Shown here piece by piece: positions 49,047-58,006 of a stretch of DNA of 64,000 nucleotides. Both the position numbers and the translations under genes were made by a program. The stretch covers positions 32,001-96,000 of the forward strand of contig CAWHAE010000018.1 in NCBI GenBank assembly GCA_963827235.1, in the 5' to 3' direction. The stretch's first letter is position 1. Each line of letters opens with the position of its first letter. The notes below the pieces were generated by a model. That model searched no databases and had not been told where the DNA came from. It was given only the letters and a program-made list of their open reading frames with translations. The stretch is from an uncultured bacterium (GTDB taxonomy: Bacteria > Chloroflexota > UBA5177 > JANWHV01).

Positions 49047-51932
49047 CTATGCGGTCGCGGCCCGCGATCCGGCGAAGGGGCTCTCACCGGTGGACAGGAA
49101 CGTGCCCAGCTCCTTGTCCATCACCTTGATGTGGTCGGTCAGCCAGTCGCGCAGGAACTCGGTCAGCGGCAGCGTAACCACCACCTCGCCGCGTTGGAAG
49201 GCGGCGTGAAGCTGCGCCACCTGCGCGGTGAAGACGTCGTGGGCAGCCTTGTGACGGTAGTAGAGAGGATACGTGTGCCGCAGCATGAGCTGCTCCTCCG
49301 TGGCGAAGTGTGTGCTCGTATAGTCCAGCAGCCCCACCAGCACTTCGCCGACCACGTCGCGGTCCCGACCCCGATTCATTGCCTCGTGAAGATGGTTGAT
49401 CAACCCTACCAGCCGCCGGTGCTGGTCGTCGATCTCCGCGTTGCCGACCGAAAGGCTCATACTCCAGGTGATGATCGGCTTCAGAATGGCCTCGGCCGGC
49501 ACCGGGCGCGACATATAGTACCCTTGCGCCTGATCGGCGCCGAGCTGCGCGAGCATGGCCCACGTCTCCGCGTCCTCCACGCCCTCTGTGACCACCTCCA
49601 TGCCCAGAGAGTGGGCGAGTCCGATGGTCAGTGCCACGATCACCTGGCTCTCCGACTGCGTTCGCATGCCCTGCACGAACGATCGGTCGATCTTGAGCTC
49701 GTTAACGGGCAGAGTCGCGAGGTAGGACAGTGAGGAGTAGCCCGTACCAAAATCGTCGATCGCCAGCCTCACTCCCAGGGCAGCAAGCTGCGAGAGAGTG
49801 GCCTGTGTGCCGCGAACATCCGCCATGATCGTCGACTCCGTGAGCTCCAGGCAGAGCAGACGCGGCGGTATGCCGTGGTGCCGCAGCAGCCGCTCCACGG
49901 TAGCCACGATCGTGGAGTCCCGCAGGTTACGCATGGAGAGATTGACCGCCATCTGCAGCTCCAGCCCCTCCGCCGCCCAAGCCGCGCACTGGGCCACCGC
50001 GGCGTCCAGCACCCAGGCGGTGAGAGGCCCGATCAAACCGGTCTTTTCGGCCAGAGGAACGAAGCGATCGGGAGGGATGAGTCCCTTCCTGGCATGCGGC
50101 CAGCGGACCAGCGCTTCCACGCCGCAAAGCTGGCCGGTGGCGATGGCGACCTTGGGCTGGTAGTGAAGCACCAGGCTACCGCGGTCCAGGCTCTCACGCA
50201 AATCCGTAAGCAACGTGAGCTGCTCTGGATCGGTAGCGTCGAGAGCAGGGTCGTAGAGAGTAAACGTACTCTGATCGCGCTTGGCAACATGCATGGCTAC
50301 GTCCGCGCGCTGCAGTAGGAGCGTGGCGCTTTCGCCTTGCTGGGTCGAGATTGCCGCCCCGACAGTCGCTCCCACCGAGACCGCGTGGTCTTGCACCACG
50401 TAGGGCGGTTTCAGCGAGAGCATGATCGCTGTCACCACGTCGTTGACCTGCTCGACATCTCCGCCGGGCAGCAGCACGGCGAACTCGTCGCTGCCCTGGC
50501 GGGCCAGGCTGGCAGATGGCGGTACGGCGGCTCGAAGCCGCATGGACGCCTCCTTCAGCAAGAGGTCGCCGAACCGGTGTCCGAGCACGTCGTTGACTTC
50601 TCTGAAGCGGTCGAGATCGAGCAGCAGCAGGGCGCATGCCACGCCCGTTCGCTCTGCGGCACTGAGCGCCGCACGCAACGTGTCCTGCATCGCCACGCGG
50701 TTCGGCAGGCCGGTCAGGGCATCATGCCTCATCTGGTGGCGCAAACTGCGCTCGCTGGCACGCAGCTCCTCCGTGAGCCGGCTGTTCTCGACCAGCGCGA
50801 TGAGCTGCCGTACGAACACCAGGCTGGCCAGCACGCCGTCGCAGGCGATCGTGCCGTCGACCATCCGGCGGCCGTCCGCCCACCAGCTTACCGCGGCGGC
50901 GAGCGCGGCAAGCGGCAGCAGCGCGGTCGGCAGCAGCACGCGCCAGACCGCGGTGGCACCGTCTCCGAGCTCGATGCGCTGCGGCCTGGGAAGCTCCAAC
51001 GTCTGCATGCGCGCGGCCGTCTCGCACCGGATCACCGACGCCGCCAAGCCGCAGAACAGCAGCCCTACCGGCCAGCCGGCATCGGAGAGGTCGCCAGTCT
51101 GGTAGGTGCCCAGTAGCGTCGAGTAGATGTTCGAGGTGAGCGCCGCGGCCAGAATGGCGCCGGCCAGAGTGAACAGTGTGAGCGCCGTTCTTCGCCGCGG
51201 CTCGCGGGTGCGCATCCACGCCAGCACAAGGCAGGCAAGGACCAGACAGCTGAGCACGGGGTAGCTTGAGTAGACCACCTTGGCCCACGGACCCGCCGTC
51301 GCGTGCTGCAGCGTCGGGCCAAGCACGGGCGCCCAGGCGCAGGCGATAGTGGCACTGATCACGATCACGCCATCCAGCAGGGATCGCACGCTATGCCCGA
51401 GAGAAGGAGCCCCTCCGGCTAGCAGCCAGATAGCTGGCAGGAAGAGGGTATAGCCGCCCAGGAACAGCGGGTCATCCCAGTACGGCGTCGGCGTGTCATG
51501 CCCGGTAAGCACAGTATGACCAAGCTCGACGACCAAGCCCGCGAGAATCATGAGCATTGCCGCGGCCACGATGCGGGGCACATGCGCCACCCGGTCTGCT
51601 TCGCCTGGCGCAGGATCGGCGCTGGACCGGGTGAACGACCGACCGTTCCAGAAGCTTAGCGCGATAGCTCCGAGAACCGCGAATCCCTGCAGGCCCTGGT
51701 CCAGCCCTTTGGTGAGGTCCCTACCGCCCGGCCTGAGCAGGAGCACCCCGAGCAGCACCACGCCGTAAAGCAGAACGGCTATCAGAGCGCGAAAAAGGCG
51801 ACGCTCGCTGGCCCTCTGGCAACACGACTCACCCTCCGGGCGGGCCGGCAAACGCTGCCAGTCTCGACGGCTCGCCGACTTCTGGATAGCATCGACAACC
51901 GACTCATCCGGCGGCGAGACGGAACGCAGCAT
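49047..51932 (-). CDS. Membrane sensor-GGDEF-EAL-hemerythrin protein (probable c-di-GMP phosphodiesterase)
   Basis: About 9-10 TM N-terminus, HDALTGLPNR, degenerate GSDEF, intact EALVRW/ELTE/DDFGTGYSS/KIDRSF/EGVE/QGY, and a C-terminal hemerythrin with the full ligand set. Confidence 0.93.
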   Translation of the reverse strand: MLRSVSPPDESVVDAIQKSASRRDWQRLPARPEGESCCQRASERRLFRALIAVLLYGVVLLGVLLLRPGGRDLTKGLDQGLQGFAVLGAIALSFWNGRSFTRSSADPAPGEADRVAHVPRIVAAAMLMILAGLVVELGHTVLTGHDTPTPYWDDPLFLGGYTLFLPAIWLLAGGAPSLGHSVRSLLDGVIVISATIACAWAPVLGPTLQHATAGPWAKVVYSSYPVLSCLVLACLVLAWMRTREPRRRTALTLFTLAGAILAAALTSNIYSTLLGTYQTGDLSDAGWPVGLLFCGLAASVIRCETAARMQTLELPRPQRIELGDGATAVWRVLLPTALLPLAALAAAVSWWADGRRMVDGTIACDGVLASLVFVRQLIALVENSRLTEELRASERSLRHQMRHDALTGLPNRVAMQDTLRAALSAAERTGVACALLLLDLDRFREVNDVLGHRFGDLLLKEASMRLRAAVPPSASLARQGSDEFAVLLPGGDVEQVNDVVTAIMLSLKPPYVVQDHAVSVGATVGAAISTQQGESATLLLQRADVAMHVAKRDQSTFTLYDPALDATDPEQLTLLTDLRESLDRGSLVLHYQPKVAIATGQLCGVEALVRWPHARKGLIPPDRFVPLAEKTGLIGPLTAWVLDAAVAQCAAWAAEGLELQMAVNLSMRNLRDSTIVATVERLLRHHGIPPRLLCLELTESTIMADVRGTQATLSQLAALGVRLAIDDFGTGYSSLSYLATLPVNELKIDRSFVQGMRTQSESQVIVALTIGLAHSLGMEVVTEGVEDAETWAMLAQLGADQAQGYYMSRPVPAEAILKPIITWSMSLSVGNAEIDDQHRRLVGLINHLHEAMNRGRDRDVVGEVLVGLLDYTSTHFATEEQLMLRHTYPLYYRHKAAHDVFTAQVAQLHAAFQRGEVVVTLPLTEFLRDWLTDHIKVMDKELGTFLSTGESPFAGSRAATA

Positions 51933-52293
51933 CCTCTACATTGCCCTTTTGCTGCCGCCGGCGCCTGCCCCCGGCCGCGCGGTTCTCACGATCAAGGCGC
52001 TCGCCGGTGTTGGATCGCCGACGCTCCGCTACAGCATAGACGCGCCTACCGGCAACTGCACTCCCCCACTTGTTCGTGCGGGAAAGCGCGACGTCGCGAG
52101 ACACCGCGCCGGGACCGGCCATTCCGGCAGCAGCCGCGAGGCGCCAAACTCGTCGATATCGGTGCGGCCCTTCCTGCTGCCGGGACACCCGGGTCATGAC
52201 GCGGTCCACGTCAGCCGCTGCTCGCTGCCGGGCCGCCGAGCCTGCGGACCGCTTCGGCGTACCCCTGAGTCCGCTCCTGGCCGATGGCTCCGC

Positions 52294-52827
52294 CTACAGC
52301 GCGGCCGGATCCAGCCGGGAGCGCAAATCCTCGATGAATGCCTCGCGGCGGTCGACGCTGATCACGACCTCGCGCACTTTCCAGAAAGGGAGCAGATGGA
52401 ACACGCGGAAGCGTTGCGGCTTTCGCAGCCGGATCTCGACCAGATTGGCAGGCCAGAGAGCCAGAAACAGGCTGTGGCGATAGAGACGAAGCGGGAACTC
52501 CGTCGGCTTTCGCTCGGTAGCATGGACAGAGGCGATGTTCCGGTAGTCTATCGACCCGCTAAAGTACAGACCTAGTCTCAGCACCGCGTGGTCCGCGCGC
52601 AGCTCGTGAGCCGTGAGCCATGGACTGATGAAGGCGGCGGTGAGCACGCCCGTTCCAACCACGTGCCGGCGCACGCTCTCGCCCTTCAGCAGGCGGACTC
52701 CGCGTGTGACCAGGACGAGTCCCGAGAGCGGTTGGAGCAGGAGACCGGCCGTATGCGCACTCCACCCTCGCGCGACGGCGGGAGCGCGGTGGTAGGTGTA
52801 GCGAACAGTATCAACAATGGCTATCAT
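52294..52827 (-). CDS. Hypothetical membrane protein (PH-like C-terminal domain) in the ECF operon
   Basis: Two hydrophobic segments followed by a beta-rich domain (LRLGLYFSGSIDYRNIASV...ISVDRREAFIEDL). Overlaps the anti-sigma stop. Confidence 0.6.
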   Translation of the reverse strand: MIAIVDTVRYTYHRAPAVARGWSAHTAGLLLQPLSGLVLVTRGVRLLKGESVRRHVVGTGVLTAAFISPWLTAHELRADHAVLRLGLYFSGSIDYRNIASVHATERKPTEFPLRLYRHSLFLALWPANLVEIRLRKPQRFRVFHLLPFWKVREVVISVDRREAFIEDLRSRLDPAAL

Positions 52828-53292
52828 TCTCCTGGTGCCGAGCTTCGCCGCTCAGCCACGCGTACTCCTGCAGGGTCCGTACGTCGCGAAACATCTCGAC
52901 GTAGAGCCCGCTCAGCGCGAAGAGCGGCAGGACGGCGCTGAGCGACCGCGCGAGCCGGAACCACCGTGGGTACTCTGTGCTCCATACGAGCCGCAGATCG
53001 CGCAGGAGGCTCCCCGCCGTAGAGACGAACAGCAGGACTCCTCCCCCCATCAGGCCGCCGTACGTGCCCTGCCGGCGCAGCCGCGCCCGGATATCACGCC
53101 GCATGTCCGGCGCTCGCGGCGCTTCCGGCAGCGCGCCCAGCGCCGCGGCGGAAGACCGCAAATCGGCCAGTTCCTGCCGGCAGGCGGCACAGTTCGCCAG
53201 ATGTGAATCGACGAGATGGCGGCGGGGGGGTCAAGCTCGCCGTCCAGGTATGCAGAAAGCAGAGGTCCGGCCAGTGTACGCGGCGCGTTCAT
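52811..53292 (-). CDS. Zinc-finger (zf-HC2) anti-sigma factor, frameshift in the G/C run near 53228
   Basis: LLSAYLDGELD, then after a frame change HLANCAACRQELADLR (HxxxCxxC), followed by TM helices. Confidence 0.8.
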
Positions 53293-53870
53293 CGTGTTCC
53301 GCCCTTCTGCGTTTCTCTATAGGCATCCCGAAAGGCCTGGCGGGCGCGATGGATCAGCGACGTGACTGCGTCCACCGAGATGCCCATGACCTCGCCAATC
53401 TCTACGTAGCTGAGGCCCTGAAACTGGCGCAGCGCCAGTATCTGCCGGTGCCTCGCCGGCAGAGCGTGCAGCGCCGCCTGCACTTCCCGCTGCTGCTCGC
53501 GCCGCAATTGACTTTCCAATGGGTCATCGTCCGACTGTGGCGGCACCGCCTCCAGCCCGTCCTCTTCCGGCGCGACGCATGGGTGCCGTGCCTCGCGGCG
53601 GTGGGCATCGATGCAGGTGGTCGTGGCAATGCGGTAGATCCAGGCGCGAAAGCTGATGCTGCCACGGTCACGGCGCAGGTGCAGGAACGCCTTGAGGAAG
53701 ACATCCTGAGTGAGCTCCTCCGCGATGGCGGCGCCTCCCATGCTTCGATAGACGTAGCCGAAGATCGGTTGGCGATAGCGCTCGAACACACGATCGAACG
53801 CCTGCACGTCGCCGCGCCGGAACGACGCGACCAGATCCTCGTCGGCAATCGTGTTTGCCGTGTCCGCGGG
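53289..53870 (-). CDS. ECF sigma-70 factor (start uncertain)
   Basis: DEDLVASFRRGDVQAFD, AEELTQDVFLKAF, FRAWIYRIA and GLSYVEIGEVMGIS...SLIHRAR motifs. Confidence 0.9.
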   Translation of the reverse strand, partial: PADTANTIADEDLVASFRRGDVQAFDRVFERYRQPIFGYVYRSMGGAAIAEELTQDVFLKAFLHLRRDRGSISFRAWIYRIATTTCIDAHRREARHPCVAPEEDGLEAVPPQSDDDPLESQLRREQQREVQAALHALPARHRQILALRQFQGLSYVEIGEVMGISVDAVTSLIHRARQAFRDAYRETQKGGTR

Positions 53871-54146
53871 ACCGTTACCATCGGCCGCGACCGCCGTGCC
53901 CTTCGCGCACCACGCGAACGTGACTCATCCACCCTTCAAGCGCTACCACAGGTTGTAACGCCGGAAGCGCGAAAAGCTTTCGCGGCCGGGATCGGCGCCG
54001 CGCACCAAGTCCGAGGTCGCCACTGCGGCGGCGCGCTCGATCTGTCGCCTCGTAGGAGACCGTGGCAGCGCCCGGAAGAAAGCGCCTCCGCGAACTGCCA
54101 CCTGCGGCGGCAGCTCGCGGACGCTTGGCACTCGAGCCCCTGCGGA

Positions 54147-57100
54147 CTACTTGCCGATTGTGTACGTGTAGGGGATTGCTTGCAGCTCGTCGCCGCTGGT
54201 GCTGCTGGCATTGAACGTGTCCAGGTAGAGGAATCCGCGCACCACAGTGCCTGGTGCGCCGCTCGGCGTGAAGCGGATGCCGAATCTCGCCCGAGTGCTT
54301 GGGGGCCAGGGTAAGCGCCTGGAACTGCGTCGCGAAGGGCGACCAGATATCGCCGGTCGTCGTGTCAACCTGGCGATCGAACGGCTGCCCGATCGCCGAG
54401 GCGGTGATATCGACCGTGCTCGGCGCCGCACCGTCGCTGCCAAACGGACCAAACTGCTCGGGCGCCACCGCCCATATGCCCGGCGCCACTTCAGGCGTGT
54501 TCAAGGCGACCGTCGCCACGTAGTCGCCGGACATCGGGTCGAGGGTCGAGCCGCTCGATTGGTAGATATCCGGATTGCCAGTGCCGCCAAACGGAGGCGC
54601 GCCGTTGGCCAGCATGGCATCAAAGGCCACCGGCGACGGTGAATGCGCCGTGAACGTCAGCGTGCTCACCTCGGGCGGCACGACGAAAGGCGGCAGCGCC
54701 TGGCTCCTGGTAATCGGCAGGGTCACGCTGAATCCGTCGGGTGCCTCCAGCGGTACGCGCGCCGTGGTGGCCAGGCGTGGATCGAGCAGAAGGTGCTCGT
54801 CGGTGACGCCCGTGTTGCTCACCAGAATCGCCGCGATGATCGGCTTGCCGGCTCGCAGCACCGTGCGTTTGCTGCTGGGTATGCCATGCGTGAGCACGCG
54901 GACTCCATTGAAGGTGATCGTGGCGTGGAACGGCTGTGCCGTGGCCGCGCTACCGACCGCGTCGTTGATCAGCAGTACGAACAGCCACCGGCCGGCCAGA
55001 GGATCGCGCCGGAAGAACTGCATGGCGCCGGTGTAGAACGTGGGCACGCCCGTCGAGCTGACCGCACTCGCCGTCGTCTGCACATCGACAGGCTGGCCGT
55101 TCGGGTCGACCAGGACACCTTCCAGGTTGCTGCTCGGATCGGTGATGCGCAGACCCAGGTCCAGATCCCGCAGCCCCGACGGCACGTCGAACTGGTAACT
55201 GAGGGTCTGGCCGGGCGAGCCGAATCGCCCGTTGCCCCCGGTGAGCGTACCCGAGAACGAGCCTCCGCCGCGTGTCAACGTCACCAGCGAGCGCAGGCTG
55301 ACCGGTATGGCGCCGATCAGCGAGCCGCTGCCGCTTGAGGTCGGAAACGCGATTTCCTCGTCGAGATCGCCCGGGCTCGCAGGCGTGCGGGTGACCACGG
55401 TGAACGTCGCGGTGTGGCCGGGTGCCAGCACCACCGCCGCAGGGGTCACCTTGCCGGTCGTCGCGGAGCGCGAGCCGTTGATCGAGAGCTGAACCTTGCC
55501 GAAGTACGATCCGGTGGCCGACGTGGACCGCGTCCAGATCACCGCCGTCCACACGCCAGCGCCCGGATTCCGCACGCTGACCTGGCCGAAGCCGCTGCTG
55601 TACCCGGGCTCATTCTGCGGATCCGAGAAGGCCGCGAAGCGGCCCGACGGATCGAACAGGTCGAGGCGGACCACCGACGACGACTCCTGCAGAGCGAGCC
55701 AGGCGATGGCCGCGTTCAGATGCTGGACACCAGCCGGAACCCGGAAGGTCTGTGTGACGAAGGCTCGGCCCAAGCCGAACTGATCGAGGAACGTGGCGGA
55801 ATCACTGATTGGATCCAGGTGCAGCGTATAGTCGGCGTGAAACACGGTCTTCCCCGCGGTGCGCAGTTTCGGCGCCACGCGCTGGCTCTGACCGCCAACG
55901 TTGCTCACGCTGAAGCTGAGCCGCTCAGATGTGTTGGGCTTGTCGGAAGCAGTGAAGGCCGTGGTGTCGGTCACCAGGAGGCTGCCGGCGCGCGGCGACG
56001 GGCTGGCCACGGCGTCCTGATAGGACAGCGCGGCTTGTACCGCTCGATAGCTGTTTATGAGGCCGGCTCCCTGCTCGGAGGCCGGTAGGCCAAGGTCGGT
56101 AGCCGTGCTGGTGATGATCTGTTTGACCAGCAGCGGGGTGGGCGACGCACCGTGATGGGTGCTGCGATAGGCCTGGATGACCAGCGCCGCCTCGCCCGCG
56201 GTGAGCGGGGCCGACTCGCTCGTGCCGCCAGTGAACTCGATCGAGGCCGGGGTAGACTGGTCGGCGTCCACGCAATCGGAGTAGGCCATCGGCTTTACCC
56301 GGCTGGGCGTGCACAGGGCCCAGCCAGCGTCACCCGGCGCCACGACGTCGACAGTGCGTGGCCCGAGCTGCGTGAAGCCACCGGAACTGATGGCGGCGAC
56401 ATTGTTGTCGACATAGCCGCCGCTGCCCAGTGTGATGCCGGCCGCACCAACCTGCGTATAAGCACGGAACTGCGTGCTGGCGCCCACCAGGATGACGCCG
56501 GGGTCGCTGCCCGGCGACCCGATGGTGCTGGCAGCACCCGCGTCGCCGCTGGAGACCGTGACGGTCACGCCGGCAGAGACGGCATTGCTGTTGGCGATGC
56601 TGATCGGGTCGTTCTGGTAATCCGGGAAGGGGTTGCCGCCGAATGACTCGTTGAGCACGTCGACTTCGTCGACCGAAATCGCGTAATCTATCGCCTGCAC
56701 GAAAGCCGATGTGGTCGTGGCATTGGACTGGCCGAACACCTTGAGTCCGATTAGCTGAGCGCCGGGTGCCATGCCGAGAATGCGGATTGGGCAGGCTTTG
56801 GGCAGCGGATTGACCCGATAGCTGTTCACGTCATATACGTGACGGCCTTGCGCGGCGATCGAGCTGGCGTCGAGAAACGCTTCCCCGCCGGCGGTCGGCG
56901 CGGTCGGCCCATCGCCGCTGAAGTCCTTGTAGTCCACGAAGACGGTCTTGCCGTTGCGCATGAAGTCCGGGTTGTAGATATCCACGCCGTCGGCAATGAA
57001 GGCTACCTTTACGCCCTGACCATTGATCAAGGCGCCGGTGCCCGAGCGTAGCTGCTGCGCCTGCGCCACGCGAGAATCGGCGTAGGCAGTATTGGTCAGC

Positions 57101-57645
57101 TGCAGTGCTTCGGGCTCCAGGGACGGCGTCTTGCTGGTCGTGCAGGCAGGCATCGGGGGATCGCTCGCGCTCGACGCCGCGCGGCCGCTGCCGGCCGCCG
57201 AAGCCGCGGGCGTCAGGTCAGGGGATGGCGAGAGGAGATGAATCACCCGGTCGGGAACCACGTCGAGCACGGCCGGATCGGCACGCAGCCGCGCCGCCTC
57301 GGCTGAGGAAACCGTGGCACTCACGGCATTGACGACCTTGTACGGATGCACCGCGCGCGCACCCACCCGGCCCAGCTCTTGCAGCACAGCGGACTGTGAT
57401 GCCGGAGCCACCGAACTGTGCTGCGCGCTCCTGTCCGCCGGATACTGGTCGCGCATGATGACGACGACGTGGTCAGTCTCCGACAGCGAGAGTTGCCGTG
57501 TCTGGGCAGCCGTGAGCGCCGGAAAGGCCTGCCTGGCAGACTGCGGCTGCGCGGCTGCCTGTGGTATGGATCGGAGGGGCGGGAGCTGGATCAGGGCCAG
57601 AAGCGAGATGCCGGCGAGCAGGACACGGCCAGGAGGGAGTGCCAT
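54147..57645 (-). CDS. Large secreted S8/S53 serine peptidase with an I9-like propeptide, frameshift near 54285
   Basis: GAGGAG RBS, signal peptide and propeptide. VAFIADGVD, GGEAFLDAS, SSGDAG and GGTSESAP motifs. The true C-terminus GIRFTPSG...ELQAIPYTYTIGK lies in ORF 54147..54452. Confidence 0.88.
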
Positions 57646-58006
57646 GAATGATTTCTCCTCTAGTTCTGCGGGCACAAAGAGAGCCCGAGACACCTCAAAG
57701 GTAACGCCGAGGACTTCCGAGCCGAGACAGGGTGCCGGAATCCGGCAGAGGCGGGCCGGCAGAAAACCCGCCGCTTGACCGTACCGGCCATACAGGTCGA
57801 TTCTCTTATAACATAGCTGCGCGCGGCGCAAGTGGTCGTTGCTGCCGAACGCAGGGTGCCGGTCTCAGCGGAGAGCCTGGTACGCCATCGCTCGCCGCAG
57901 CAGCTCCAGGGCTTGACGCGGCGCAGCCGGTAGACTGATCTGGTCTACCGCTCCATCCCGCGGGCACCCAATCGCGTCGTTTGCTTGCCCCCCAGTGCGT
58001 ACGCCC

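Noticed and set aside
53875-54285. C-terminal tail of the 1318-aa ORF
   Set aside because: Out-of-frame read-through after a frameshift. The real C-terminus ends at 54147.
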